This document shows positions 9,695-22,303 of a DNA stretch of 64,000 bases, in pieces. The translations under genes were made by a program, and so were the position numbers. The notes under the pieces are model-generated. The model did no database searches. It had not been told where the DNA came from and was given only the letters and a program-made list of their open reading frames with translations. Origin of the DNA: an uncultured Chloroflexia bacterium (GTDB taxonomy: Bacteria; Chloroflexota; Chloroflexia; Thermomicrobiales; UBA6265); contig CAVRUC010000002.1 of NCBI GenBank assembly GCA_963724295.1, positions 128,001-192,000 on the forward strand, written 5' to 3'. Position 1 is the stretch's first letter. Each line of letters starts with the position of its first letter.

Positions 9695-11511
9695 CTAACC
9701 GACCGCAGCCGGTCGCCCCTCGCTATCCCAGCCCCGCGCGGCGTAGTAGGCGTCTATTTGGCGCTTCAGCCACGCAGGATCGATGTTCGATTCGTCGCCA
9801 TTGCTCGGACTCGAGGACTCTAATAGGCGCGGCGGGAGCGTATCGAGCGCGCGCGTCCAGCCCTGTGCCAGATTGAACCGCTTTTTCACCTCACCGATGC
9901 GCGCCCCGGCCTGATGCAGGTCGTCGGCGCTCGTCGCCAGCCCGGTCACGGCGCCATGCAGGGCGGCGCTCTCCTCATGCACGTCGTGCAACGCGTGACG
10001 GAGGAACTTGCAGAGCGTCAGTGAGTCGAGCAGCGCCGCCTGATCCTCCGCTGCCGCGGCCGCGGCCGCTCGCTCCCGGGCGTCGGCCTCGGGATCGAGC
10101 CGATCGGACAGATCGACCTCATAGGCGGATGAGCGGTTGTGACAGGCGCCGCGAGCGGCAACGGCCAGCCCCAGGGCCATGGTCTTGAGTTTGCGCGGAT
10201 CGTACCCCGGCAGCTCGAGCCCCTTGACGTGCATCGCCCAGACATCGCTCCCCTGGCCGACCTTCTCAGCTGCCGCGCGCGACCCAGCGGCGAGCAGATC
10301 GCCGAGCCCTTCCCGCGCCCCGATCTGCCGTAGTGTGCGAAGCACGGCGGCGCCGTCTCCCCAGCCCGGGACCTCGTCCGCTGGGCACGCCCAGGTCGAC
10401 TCCTCGCTGCCGGCACTCCATCGCCCAGGCGACCGTTCCGCCGGCGGAGATGGCGTCCATCCCCAGCTCGTCGCAGAGCGCGGAGGCGCGCAGCACGACG
10501 TTCGGATCGCTCACCCCGCAGAGCGAGCCAAGGGCGAAGAGGGTTTCGTACTCCAGCCGCGCCGAAGTCTCCGGGCCATCATCCCGGGTGCGGTAATGAT
10601 GCTCGCAGCCGACCGTGCAGGCGGCGCAGGCATGCTGGCCGGTGTGGTGCTCCAGGCGCAGCGTCTCTCCCGGAGATCGCCTCCGCCTCGTCGAAGTGAC
10701 CACCGGCGAAGTTGCGAGTCGGCAGCAGACCCAGCCGATTGAAGAAGGCGACATTGGCGACCGTGCCGATCTCGCGGTACTTGGCCGTCGCCGGACCGAC
10801 GCTGCGCGCGGCCAGATCGCGGGCCAGCGTAGCCACCAGGCGGGGATCAGCCGCCCGTGGCAGACGGCTGCCTCGCACCGCGATCGCCTTCAGCCGCTTC
10901 GCGCCCATCACGGCGCCCGCGCCGGTACGCCCGGCCAGACGGCCGTCGTTGGCGATCGCCGCGTAGCGGACCCCGTGCTCACCGGCGGTGCCGATCGCCG
11001 CCACTCGAAACTGGGTCCCGAGCTCCGCCCGGAGCCGGTCCGCCGTTTCGCCGGGGGACAATCCCAGCAGCTCGTCAGCAGGCCGCAGGCGCGTTGCGCC
11101 GTCCTCGACGACGAGCACGCTCCACTCCGGAGCGCGGCCCGTGATCGCCAGCGCATCGTGACCGGTGCGCTTCAGCTCCAGCGCCAGGTACGACGAGGAG
11201 AGCGAGTCGCCGATCATGCCGGTCTGCGGCGATCTCGCGGCGACGGCGATCTTGCTCGAGGTCGTGATTCCGGTGCCGGCAAACGGCGACGTGGCGAAGA
11301 TGAGGGGATTGTCCGGACCGAGCGGGTCGGTTCCCGGCGGGCAGAGACGGAGCAGGAGAAGACTCGCCAGCCCGATGCCGCCGATGACGTCGACGAAGAC
11401 CTCCGGCGCTAACGGCTCGCTCCACCCCGCACCCGCGTCTTCCCCGAGATCGACCCTGAGCAATCGCCCGTGGACACCACCGATGCTCGAGGACCTTGAA
11501 CTCGAGGTCAT
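9695..11511 (-). CDS. aldehyde:ferredoxin oxidoreductase family (W/Mo-pterin); two apparent frameshifts (~10670, ~10384)
   Basis: LLRVDL, GRTGAGAVMGAKRLKAI, CAACTVGC, EYETL, CDELGMDAISAG, HVKGLELPGYDPR, RGACH, DSLTLCKF spread across three frames. Confidence 0.9.
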
Positions 11512-11515
11512 GGTG

Positions 11516-11842
11516 TCACCCGCCGGCCGCGCTCGCCACGAGGAGTACCGACGTACCGGCGTGCAGCGGCAGATCCCGATCGCGAGTGAACTGCTCGTCG
11601 ACGACGAAGCTGTAGCCATCGAGGGGCCAGCCGGTGCTGGCATCCAGCACGCGACCGGCAAGGGCGGGACTCCGCCGCACGAGGTCAGCGGCGAGGTCGG
11701 CCAGCGTCGCGCCGGCCGCCGAGATCGAACGCCCGCCCTGGAGCAGGCGCGGTACGCCGAAAAGCTCGACGGTGATAGAAGGTGATGGGTGATGGGTGAT
11801 AGGTGCCGGGTTCGAGGAGAGAGGGAGATGAGAAGGGGTCAT
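11516..11842 (-). CDS. MoaD/ThiS-family sulfur carrier protein
   Basis: ITVELFGVPR...ATLADL...C-terminal AGG; directly upstream of the AOR gene; N-terminus partly repeat-derived. Confidence 0.85.
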   Translation of the reverse strand: MTPSHLPLSSNPAPITHHPSPSITVELFGVPRLLQGGRSISAAGATLADLAADLVRRSPALAGRVLDASTGWPLDGYSFVVDEQFTRDRDLPLHAGTSVLLVASAAGG

Positions 11843-11938
11843 GATTGGTGGCTCCTGCGTCTGTTGCTGGTTTGATGATAGTGCAGACGGCGCATTAGAC
11901 GGCCAGATGGGTGAGTCGGGGAATCGGCAAGACAGCAG

Positions 11939-11961
11939 GTAGGGGCGACCCTGGGTCGCCC
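11939..11961 (+). repeat. GTAG-type REP palindrome
   Basis: GTAG followed by GGGCGACC-CTG-GGTCGCCC hairpin. Confidence 0.65.
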
Positions 11962-11984
11962 GCCGCCACTGTCCCGAACCCCTA

Positions 11985-12305
11985 TCACCCTGTCATCCCA
12001 TGACCTGTCACCTTCGTCTCCTTCAGCCCGCTCTGGACATAAAAGAAGCGGGCGGCGCGAATGGAGGGCGCTAGCAAGAGCACCAGTATGACGAATGCCG
12101 GGATCAGATCGATGAGCTTCACGTCCGGCAGCTCTGTCTGCACCACCACCGAGCGCACGCCCCAGATACTGAAGATGATGCCGCCGATCCCAAGCACCAG
12201 CTCGTGCAGCGTGCGCAGACCCAGGGCAAAGATGGCGGAGGCCGAAATGAGGATCACCAGCAAGACGGTGACGATTCTCAGGTAGAGCGGAGACGCGGAA
12301 ACGGG
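11985..12305 (-). pseudogene. probable C-terminal fragment of a membrane protein
   Basis: about three hydrophobic helices; no convincing start or RBS; frame begins inside the gyrB terminator. Confidence 0.45.
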
Positions 12306-12330
12306 GTGGTCATTTGAACCACCCCGTTCC
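12297..12330 (-). terminator. hairpin terminator after gyrB
   Basis: AACGGGGTGGT/ACCACCCCGTT stem just past the gyrB stop. Confidence 0.65.
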
Positions 12331-12353
12331 CGCGCTGAATTCCGAGTTTGCTC

Positions 12354-14276
<1,923 letters not shown>

Positions 14277-14336
14277 TCAGTACTCCTTCAACTTGAGCTT
14301 GCACATGCACGTGCACTTGAAGTTCAACGTGCGGGG

Positions 14337-14768
14337 CTATCCCAGCCCGAGCGATTCCAGCCTGCTCTCCTCGAATCCGAGATGGTGACCCAGCTCGTGC
14401 ATTACCGTGACCCGTACCTCACGCGCGATCGCCTGAGGCGATGTGTAGGCGCGTTCCAGCGGGCCGCGGAAGATCGTGATCCGGTCGGGCGGAACGAGGT
14501 GGTAGTCCGATCCACGCCGCGTCAGCGGCACGCCCTCATAGAGCCCGAACAGCGTCTCCCCGCCGTCATCCATGGCGCTCTCATGCGGTTCAGGATAGCC
14601 CTGCCCCAGCGCCAATTGCTCCGCCGTCGGTTCGTCTTCGACGATGATCTCGACGTTGTCGAGCATAGCGACGACCTCGGGAGAGAGGCCGTCCAGGGCA
14701 CGAATAACGATGCGCTCGAACCGCTGCCGGCGCGCCTGTGCGACACGACTCCGGACCCGGTCACGCAT
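14337..14768 (-). CDS. minimal zincin-like metallopeptidase (DUF1025 type)
   Basis: LFGLYEGVPLT, PDRITIFRGPL, TVMHELGHHLG (HExxH). Confidence 0.88.
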   Translation of the reverse strand: MRDRVRSRVAQARRQRFERIVIRALDGLSPEVVAMLDNVEIIVEDEPTAEQLALGQGYPEPHESAMDDGGETLFGLYEGVPLTRRGSDYHLVPPDRITIFRGPLERAYTSPQAIAREVRVTVMHELGHHLGFEESRLESLGLG

Positions 14769-14973
14769 GAAGTGAATAGTACCAGTTTTGGCCTGTTTTC
14801 ACCAGTTTTCAGTTGGCCGTCTTGTGTACGTACATACCCGGGGCGCTCGTCTCATGGATACCCGCCGCGAGGTCGAATCTGAGCCACCCAACCGCAAGAA
14901 TATCGAAAATCGAGTAGATTCCGTCGCTGCCGACCCGGCTTCCCAGCCGTCCCGCTCTGTAAACTGCACGGTC

Positions 14974-17814
14974 ATGGTCGCCCTACCCTCGACACCAATC
15001 GTGCCCCTCGCTCCGCCTTCGGGGACGGTCACCTTTCTCTTCACCGACATCGAGGGCTCGACGCGACTCTGGGAGCGCGACGCCACGACGATGCGGTCGG
15101 CTCTCGAGCGGCACAACGCCATCCTCGCCTCGGCCATCCGTGCTCACGGCGGACACCACTTCAAGACGATCGGAGACGCGTTCCAGGCCGCCTTCGCCGA
15201 CCCGGCCGCCGCGGCTGCCGCCGCCGTAGACGCCCAGCACGCCCTCGATGCCGAACCGTGGCCTGAGACGGGGCCGATTCGCGTGCGCATGGCGCTGCAT
15301 CGCGGACCGGCGGAGCCACTACCAACCGGCGATTACATGGCGCCCGCGCTCAATCGACTCGGTTCGATCCTGTCGGCTGGATACGGAGGCCAGGTGCTCC
15401 TTTCGGCGGCGGCGCGGGATGCCATCGGCGACCGGCTTCCGGATGGCGTGATTGCCCTCTCGCTCGGCACGCACCGGTTGCGCGACCTTGGCGCGGCGGA
15501 GGAGATTTGGCAGCTCGCCATCCCGGGGCTACCGAGGACGTTCCCGCCTCTCAAGAGCCTGGAAGGGCGCCCCACCAATCTGCCTCAGCAGCCAACCGCG
15601 CTGATCGGACGAGATGAAGAAATCGCTCGCCTGCGCGACCGTCTCGCCCAGGAAAGCACCCGTTTGATCACGCTCACCGGACCCGGCGGAGTGGGTAAGA
15701 CCCGGCTGGCAATCGCGGCCGCGGCTGATTCGCTGGAGACGTTTCCCGATGGGATCTTCCTCGTAATGCTGGCAGGCGTCGAAACCGCAGCGCTGCTCAT
15801 GTCGGAGATCGCGACGGTCCTGGGTGTACGCGAAGGGGGCGGGCTCGGTCTGGAGGAGAGCGTGCTCGCTTACCTGGGCGGCAAGCGCCTCCTGCTCGTG
15901 CTCGACAACCTGGAGCAGCTCAAGCCGTTCGAAACTGCGGCGGCGGCCATTGCCACGCTGCTGGATGCCGCACCGGCCGTGCGGGTGTTGGCCACCTCGC
16001 GCGCGCCGCTCCGTATTCGAGCCGAACAGGAGTGGCCGGTCTCGCCGCTGTCGACCCCGGCGGCCGGGGTTGCGGTCGTGGGCGAGGCAGCGCTAGCGGC
16101 GCTGGCGGCCACGCCCGCCGTCGCGCTCTTTATCGAGCGGGCCCGCGCTGCACGGCCGGCCTGGCGTCTGACCGCGGCCAACGCCGCCGATGTGGCGGAG
16201 ATCGCCCGCCGTTTGGACGGGTTACCGCTGGCAATCGAGCTGGCCGCGGCGCGCATCCGGGTTTTGACGCCTGCCGAGATCCTGCGGCGGCTGGGAGGCG
16301 CTCTCGACCTGCTCGAGGCGCGCAGCGGCGATCGTCCCGATCGGCAGCAGACCTTGCGCGCGGCGATTGCCTGGAGCCACGAGCTGCTGCGCTTCGAGGA
16401 CCAGGTGGCTTTTCGCCGGCTCGGGGTCTTCAGCGGGGGATTCACCCTGGAGGCGGCCGAGCAGGTGCTCGCGGAGACCCCTGACCCCTGGATCGACCCA
16501 CTCGACGCCATCTCGGTGCTCGTCGAACAAAGCCTGATCCGGACCGAAGAGGATTCGCTAGGCGAGACGCGCTATCGGATGCTGGAGACCGTCCGCGCGT
16601 TCGCCCTCGAAGAATTGTCGCGATCCGGAGAAGACAATGCTGTCCGGGCCGCCCATGCCCGCTGGGTGGATGCGTTTGCGCGCGACGCCGACACGCAGGT
16701 GCTCGGCCCCGACAGCGGCGACTGGCTTACTCGCTACGAACGCGAGCATGACAACTTCCGCGCGGCCATCGCCTGGGCGATCGAGCAAGATCCGGTCGAC
16801 CTGGGACTGCGCGTACCGGAGAGCCTCTGGCGCTTCTGGGAGCTTCGTGGTCACTACACGGAGGCCCGCGGCTGGCTGGAGCGAGCCCTCGCCACCGCTT
16901 CCACGGCGCCCCCCAAACTGCGCGCCCTGGCCCTGGACGGGTTGGGCAACATCGCGTGGCGACAGGGCGATCTGGTGACCGCGACCTGGGCTCTCGAAGA
17001 GAGTCTGGAAATCTGGCGTTCCACCGGCGAGCGCCGCTCGGTCGGGGGCACGCTCTCCAATCTGGGCACCGTCATGGAGCTGCGCGGCGACCTGGAGCGC
17101 GCCCAGGCGCTGCAAGAGGAATCGCTGGCTATCGCCCGGGAGATCGATGACCCGCTCCGCATCGCGACGGCACTGAACAACCTCGCCCTCGTCATCTGGA
17201 ACCAGGGGGACACCGACCGCGCCACCACGTTGCTCGAGGAGAGCGCCGCGATCAAGCGCGCACAGGGGAACTGGGTCGGACTGGCCAGCACCCTCAATAA
17301 CCTGGGCATGCTCGCGGATGAGGCCGGGGATAAGGACGGCGCCATTGCCTACATGGAGGAGACCCTCGCCATCGATCGTAAGATCGGCAATCCGGATGGG
17401 ATCTCGCATTCCCTGGGCAATCTGGCGGGGTTGATCGCACCAACCGGCGATCTGGCACGCGCGGCAGCGCTCGATGCCGAAGCGCTGGAGATACGTCGCG
17501 ATCTCGGCGACCGGCTGAGCATCGCGTATAGCCTGGACAGCATCGCCGCGACCGCCTCGCGAGCCGGGTGCCCCGAGGCCGCCGCGCGGCTGTTCGGCGC
17601 TAGCCAGCACCTGCGCGAGAAACTGGGCTCTCCTATCCCGGCAAGCGAACGAGAGCGCTACGAAGCGGGGCTGGCCATGACACGGTCGGCAGCCGGGGAC
17701 GCGGCCTACGAGCGGGCGTGGGCCGCGGGGCGTGCCCTCTCCTTCGGCGATGCCGTCGCCGAGGCTCTGCACATCGCTCGCGAGATCGCCGAGCGAGCAG
17801 GGGCGCCTGCGTGA
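14974..17814 (+). CDS. class III nucleotide cyclase domain + STAND NTPase + TPR protein
   Basis: FLFTDIEGST...KTIGDA cyclase; [11 protein letters not shown]alker [23 protein letters not shown]-terminal TPR repeats (LNNLA/LNNLG). Confidence 0.93.
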   Translation: MVALPSTPIVPLAPPSGTVTFLFTDIEGSTRLWERDATTMRSALERHNAILASAIRAHGGHHFKTIGDAFQAAFADPAAAAAAAVDAQHALDAEPWPETGPIRVRMALHRGPAEPLPTGDYMAPALNRLGSILSAGYGGQVLLSAAARDAIGDRLPDGVIALSLGTHRLRDLGAAEEIWQLAIPGLPRTFPPLKSLEGRPTNLPQQPTALIGRDEEIARLRDRLAQESTRLITLTGPGGVGKTRLAIAAAADSLETFPDGIFLVMLAGVETAALLMSEIATVLGVREGGGLGLEESVLAYLGGKRLLLVLDNLEQLKPFETAAAAIATLLDAAPAVRVLATSRAPLRIRAEQEWPVSPLSTPAAGVAVVGEAALAALAATPAVALFIERARAARPAWRLTAANAADVAEIARRLDGLPLAIELAAARIRVLTPAEILRRLGGALDLLEARSGDRPDRQQTLRAAIAWSHELLRFEDQVAFRRLGVFSGGFTLEAAEQVLAETPDPWIDPLDAISVLVEQSLIRTEEDSLGETRYRMLETVRAFALEELSRSGEDNAVRAAHARWVDAFARDADTQVLGPDSGDWLTRYEREHDNFRAAIAWAIEQDPVDLGLRVPESLWRFWELRGHYTEARGWLERALATASTAPPKLRALALDGLGNIAWRQGDLVTATWALEESLEIWRSTGERRSVGGTLSNLGTVMELRGDLERAQALQEESLAIAREIDDPLRIATALNNLALVIWNQGDTDRATTLLEESAAIKRAQGNWVGLASTLNNLGMLADEAGDKDGAIAYMEETLAIDRKIGNPDGISHSLGNLAGLIAPTGDLARAAALDAEALEIRRDLGDRLSIAYSLDSIAATASRAGCPEAAARLFGASQHLREKLGSPIPASERERYEAGLAMTRSAAGDAAYERAWAAGRALSFGDAVAEALHIAREIAERAGAPA

Positions 17815-17830
17815 GCCACCTGCCTGTGCG

Positions 17831-18538
17831 CTAGTCGGCCTGTAGGCGCTCCGCGGCGGCGACAAGCCAGTAGCCCCGGCCAGCGGGCGCCAGGCGACCC
17901 TCCAGCCGCGCCAGCGTCTCCGGAATGCGATGAATTGACGCATCCCCGCGCCGCGATTGCAGCGCCCAACGCCAGAAGAGCGATAGCACCAGTCGCGCGC
18001 TGTCGGTCAATCCGACCCCGGAGGCACAGATCGCGCGCACCCGGAAGTGCGGCTGGAGAAGCTTCCGCACGTCCTCACGGCGATAGTGACGCCGCCAACC
18101 AACCCCCGCCGCTTCCGGGAGGACGTGCCCGCGATGGGTGATCTCCTGGATATAGCGGAAGGCGTTGTAGCCGTCGAGCCAGGCGAGACGGCCGGCGGCT
18201 GGAACGCGCAGCAGGAGTACTCCGCCGGGCCGCAGAACGCGAGCCGCTTCGGCGAGCGCCTCCTCCTCCAGCACCGTCAGCGCCAGCTCGTCAAGCAGAA
18301 TAACTCCGTCGTACGACGCGTCCGGGTGCGGCCAGGCGACGACCGGCGGCACGAACGTCGCCGCGCGTCGTTGCTCGGGGACCGGCGCCAGTGGACCGGT
18401 GTCGAGCGCATGCCGGTCGACCTGATAGCCGGCGCGGCGCAGCGTCTGAGCCAGGGTATCGTCGCCACCGAGCAGGACAAGTGCCGATTCGCCGGGTGCC
18501 GGCAGATGCTCGACCAATGGCAGTCCGGTCATTGCCAT
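17831..18538 (-). CDS. SAM-dependent methyltransferase-like protein
   Basis: PDASYDGVIL...ALAEAARVLRPGGVLLL; motif I degenerate. Confidence 0.7.
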   Translation of the reverse strand: MAMTGLPLVEHLPAPGESALVLLGGDDTLAQTLRRAGYQVDRHALDTGPLAPVPEQRRAATFVPPVVAWPHPDASYDGVILLDELALTVLEEEALAEAARVLRPGGVLLLRVPAAGRLAWLDGYNAFRYIQEITHRGHVLPEAAGVGWRRHYRREDVRKLLQPHFRVRAICASGVGLTDSARLVLSLFWRWALQSRRGDASIHRIPETLARLEGRLAPAGRGYWLVAAAERLQAD

Positions 18539-18589
18539 AGACCCTGTCTCACCTCCTGAACGCGATTTCGCCGGAGTGCGATGATACCG

Positions 18590-18750
18590 GTGAAAGGGGG
18601 GAAGGGGGGGCGCTTACGCTGAGGGGGGCGGCCGCACGCGGCCTAGGGGGAAGAGGTGGAGACGGACGAGTGCGTCGGCTTCTTCTTCCGCCTCTTCCCC
18701 CCTTGAGCGAAGCGACCCCCCTCTTCCCCCCTAGCGAAGCGACCCCCCTA
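18590..18750. repeat. G/C-tract palindromic repeat with GCGAAGC mini-hairpins
   Basis: GGGGGAAGAGG/CCTCTTCCCCC arms and two AGCGAAGCGACCCCCC units. Confidence 0.65.
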
Positions 18751-18763
18751 TGTGGAGCGACCA

Positions 18764-19621
18764 ATGAGTGAGCTCAGCACCCTACACCCCTATGATCCAG
18801 CGTTCGTCGTCCGGTATGTGGCGGCGGTAAAGGGGGATCTGGCGGCGAGCGAGTTGCTTCCCACCGCGCCAGCATGGGCGGAACGGGAGATTGACCGTGT
18901 CCGGCTGGGGTACGCGCGCGCCGGGACGGGAAACGAAGCCGGCGCCAACGCCGTCAGCTATGGACTGGCGCGGATGCTGGGAGCGGTGGAGCCGGTCTTC
19001 TTCATTCCCGGCCTGGGGTTCACCCAGCTCGAAGCGAAATTCGATCGCGGCATCGGCATGCTCTTGCGTCCGCCATCCCGCCTCTTTGGCGATGCCGGTC
19101 TGGCGACGATCGCGGCGCGGGCCATGCCGATCCGCATCGATGCCGCGGGCGGCATCATGGGCGGAGCGTTTATGCCTCCCGCGCAACTGCCACGCTTTCG
19201 CGACCTGCTGGAGCAGCGGCTGGATCGCCTGGCGCGCCGCCTGGCCGAGGCCGAGCTGGATGCTCCGGCATTCCTGGGAGTCTTGCTCGAGGCGTCCGCA
19301 TATGCCGGGGATCGTGGATTCGGGTTGTACGAAGCCATCGACGTCGTCGTGCCGGGAGTCTCTGCCTCCGAGCCACCCGGTCTGCGGCTGGTCGCCCCCG
19401 ACCGCAAGCGCCTGGAGCGGGATCTGCGCCGCCGGTTGGAAGCGGCCGCCCGGCCACCGAAGGAACCGGGATTCCTGGCGCGCATTCTCGGACGCGGCGT
19501 CGCCGTCCCGCGGACAAACGACCCGGAGGATGGTCGCCGCTGGCGTGGCAATAACGACGTCACTCCGCCGCCGAAACCAATGCCGGAGGGACCGGACGCC
19601 ATGGGCGAGAGCCGGGAATGA
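18764..19621 (+). CDS. hypothetical protein
   Basis: long ORF with GGAG RBS; ATGA overlap with the next gene. Confidence 0.8.
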   Translation: MSELSTLHPYDPAFVVRYVAAVKGDLAASELLPTAPAWAEREIDRVRLGYARAGTGNEAGANAVSYGLARMLGAVEPVFFIPGLGFTQLEAKFDRGIGMLLRPPSRLFGDAGLATIAARAMPIRIDAAGGIMGGAFMPPAQLPRFRDLLEQRLDRLARRLAEAELDAPAFLGVLLEASAYAGDRGFGLYEAIDVVVPGVSASEPPGLRLVAPDRKRLERDLRRRLEAAARPPKEPGFLARILGRGVAVPRTNDPEDGRRWRGNNDVTPPPKPMPEGPDAMGESRE

Positions 19622-20049
19622 GCGAGCGATGGGCGCGCGACCCCGACGACCCGACCTCGTGGCCGCGACTCTTCACGGTTGCGGAGGCCGACGCCTTGCT
19701 GCCGGAGATCGTGCCGCTGCTGATGGAGATACGGGCGCGCAAAGTCGAGCTCGACTCGGCGTTCGCCGATCTGGAGAAGCTGACCGCGGCGATGCGCCTG
19801 AACGGGCACGCCGCCGAGGCGCGGGAGCTGGAATCCCGCATTCATGACCTGACGACGGAGCTCGCCGCGGGCGTGGAGCACCTCAATGACCAGGGGATCG
19901 AGATCAAGAGCCTCGACCACGGGCTGATCGATTTCCCCGCCCGGCGAGACGAGCGGGTGATCTATCTCTGCTGGCGGCTGGGAGAGGGAGCCCGCATCCG
20001 CTACTGGCACGAGATCGATGCCGGATTCGCCGGCCGGCGCCTGCTGTAG
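19618..20049 (+). CDS. DUF2203-family protein
   Basis: LFTVAEADALLP...IKSLDHGLIDFPA...IYLCWRLGE...YWHEIDAGFAGRR. Confidence 0.9.
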   Translation: MSERWARDPDDPTSWPRLFTVAEADALLPEIVPLLMEIRARKVELDSAFADLEKLTAAMRLNGHAAEARELESRIHDLTTELAAGVEHLNDQGIEIKSLDHGLIDFPARRDERVIYLCWRLGEGARIRYWHEIDAGFAGRRLL

Positions 20050-20054
20050 ACGAG

Positions 20055-20210
20055 GGGGATGGGTGTTGGGTGATGGGTGGCGGGGTGATCACTCGCTTTG
20101 CTCGTGGTGTCAGGGTGTCTGGGCAGTCGTTCTGCCTGTCGCCCTGACACCCTGTGGCCCGGACACCCGTATCGCAACCTATCACCCATGACCCATCACC
20201 CATCACCCCA
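20055..20210. repeat. nested inverted short tandem repeat cassette
   Basis: outer GGGTGAT/ATCACCC heptamer blocks enclosing inner GGTGTCAG/CTGACACC blocks. Confidence 0.8.
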
Positions 20211-21324
20211 CATCGCGGTAATCGGCGCCGGGATCATCGGCGCGGCAATCGCCCATCGCCTGGCGGAGCAGGGAAGGGCGGTGCTGCTGCTCGATCGGTC
20301 CGATGCGGAAACGGGAAGCAACGCGACGGCGGAATCGTTCGCGATGGTGACCGCGCGCGAGCAGACAGCGCGCGCCTTGTTCGATCTGAGTAGGGCGGCG
20401 ATGGAGGATTACCGGCGCTTGGCCTGGAAGCTGGCGCCGGCGCCCTGGTATCACGTCGAGGGGAGTCTGGCCTGGTTCGCAGATCGCGTCAAAGCGGCCG
20501 CATTGCGAGAGCAGGTGCAACGGCTCCAGGACTGGGGCTACGCGGCGGAGATGCTGGCCGCGGGCGAAGTACTGGAGGATCTCGAACCCGGTTTGACCTT
20601 CGCCGATCCGGCAACGCCGGTCGCCTGGTTCCGCGACGAAGCCTGGGTCGATCCCCGCGCGTTGACCCAGCGGCTCGTGGAGGGGGTGCGCAACGCGGGA
20701 GGCCGCGTGCTGATCGGACCAGAGCGGCAGGTCGTCGCCATCGGCACCGAGGCGGGCCGGGTCGCCTCGCTGAGACTCGCGGGCGGCCAATCGATTCCCG
20801 TTGCCGCCGTTGTCAACGCCGCCGGGGTGGACGCCGGTCACGTGGCGGCGCTGGTGGGACGGCACCTGCCGGTGCTGGCGCCGCGCAGCCTGATCGTGCG
20901 CGCGGAGTTGCCGGACGGCGCCGATCCCCTCCGCCGCCCCATCCGAACCGACGGGATCGCCGTGCGACCCGATGGACCCGGCCGCGTCCTGCTCGTTCCT
21001 CCCGGTGAGCCCGGCGACAGACCGCCGGGACCGGTCCCGCTCGACGATCCCCGCGTCGGCGAGACCATGGTCGTGGCCGCCGCGGCCGTTCCCGCGCTGT
21101 CGGCGGCGCAACCGATCGAGGCGCGTGTGGCCCCTTGGCCATTGCTGGAACACGGATCGCCCAGCGTGGGGGCCGTCGCGGCGATCCCCGGCTACGTCGA
21201 AGCGGTCACCGACTACGGTGTCACGCTGGCGTCGTTGATCGCGCGTTTGCTCGCCGATGAGCTCCTCGGCAAGCCCGGGGATCCACTCCTCGCGCCGTTC
21301 CGCCCGGATCGCTTTCCGGGGTGA
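20188..21324 (+). CDS. FAD-dependent oxidoreductase (DAO/glycine oxidase family)
   Basis: IAVIGAGIIG Rossmann motif, VVNAAG, GVTLA, C-terminal PFRPDRF; exact start uncertain. Confidence 0.88.
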   Translation: MTHHPSPHIAVIGAGIIGAAIAHRLAEQGRAVLLLDRSDAETGSNATAESFAMVTAREQTARALFDLSRAAMEDYRRLAWKLAPAPWYHVEGSLAWFADRVKAAALREQVQRLQDWGYAAEMLAAGEVLEDLEPGLTFADPATPVAWFRDEAWVDPRALTQRLVEGVRNAGGRVLIGPERQVVAIGTEAGRVASLRLAGGQSIPVAAVVNAAGVDAGHVAALVGRHLPVLAPRSLIVRAELPDGADPLRRPIRTDGIAVRPDGPGRVLLVPPGEPGDRPPGPVPLDDPRVGETMVVAAAAVPALSAAQPIEARVAPWPLLEHGSPSVGAVAAIPGYVEAVTDYGVTLASLIARLLADELLGKPGDPLLAPFRPDRFPG

Positions 21325-21455
21325 TGGGTGATACGAGGGTGGCGGGGTCGCAGGGTGGCAGGGTGTTGGGGAGTCGTTCTCCCAGCCACCCTGCCACCAC
21401 GAGCGGAGCGAGTAACCACCCTGCCACCGTGAGCGCAGCGAACCCTCACCACCCC
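21319..21455. repeat. inverted short tandem repeat cassette between convergent genes
   Basis: GGGTGAT x2, GGGTGGCA-type octamers, complementary CCCTGCCACC units, GAGCGGAGCG/GAGCGCAGCG mini-hairpins. Confidence 0.75.
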
Positions 21456-22286
21456 TCGCCCTCGAGGAAGGGAATCACCGCCTCCAGGAAGGCGTCACTG
21501 GCGTCGCGGTGCAGGCTGTGTCCAGCCCCAGGAAGCTGCATCGCGCGCCCGCGCGGCATGATCTGGACGAACCGCTCCGCGTCGACCGGCGCCACCATGC
21601 TCCCCAGCTCCAGGTTGCCGTACAGGAGCAGGGTCGGAATCTGCACCCCGGCGAGGATGTGCATGCGGTCCGTCGTCCCGGTGGCCAGCGCCTCTTGCGC
21701 CTCGGCTCGCAGCTCGGCAAAGACACCGGGTGCCGTCGAGGTGATCGTCTCCGCACGGCGCAGGCAGTCTTCGTCACTCCAGTCCGGGAATTCCTGCCGG
21801 TACCAGGCCGCCGCCTGGGCAGGGGTTAGCGCGGCGAGCTGCTGCCAGCCATCGAATGCCTCTAAGATGTTCGGTGGGACTCGCAGCGACGGATCCTCGA
21901 CCACCAGCGCTGCCGCCTGCGCCGGGTGCTGGCTCGCCCAGTAGAGCGCGACCAGTGCTCCCAGCGAGTGGCCCAGGATGCGGGTCTCACCAGCTTGCAG
22001 ATCGAGCGCGCGGAGCGCGGCATTCGAGGTCGGCGGCATAGTGCTCCACCAGATAGCCCGCTGCCGGTTTGCCGGATGCGCCATGACCCCGCAGATCGAG
22101 CTGGTAGAGGTGGAACCGTGCCGCGAGTGGGTCGATGACTGGCCACCACGACTGACCGCGGCTGCCGACACCGTGCAGCAGCACGACCGGTGGGCGTCCC
22201 GGATTGGGGAACTCGGTCACCGCGATCTCGACGTCGCCCGCTGCGATGGTCCGCTCGCGGCCGGTCGATTGTGGAATGCCTGCCAT
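21446..22286 (-). CDS. alpha/beta hydrolase; apparent +1 frameshift near 22024
   Basis: VLLHGVGS, DLRGHGAS in one frame; ILGHSLG nucleophile elbow and GAGHSLH in the next. Confidence 0.88.
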
Positions 22287-22303
22287 GCGTGCTCCGGGTG
22301 ATG

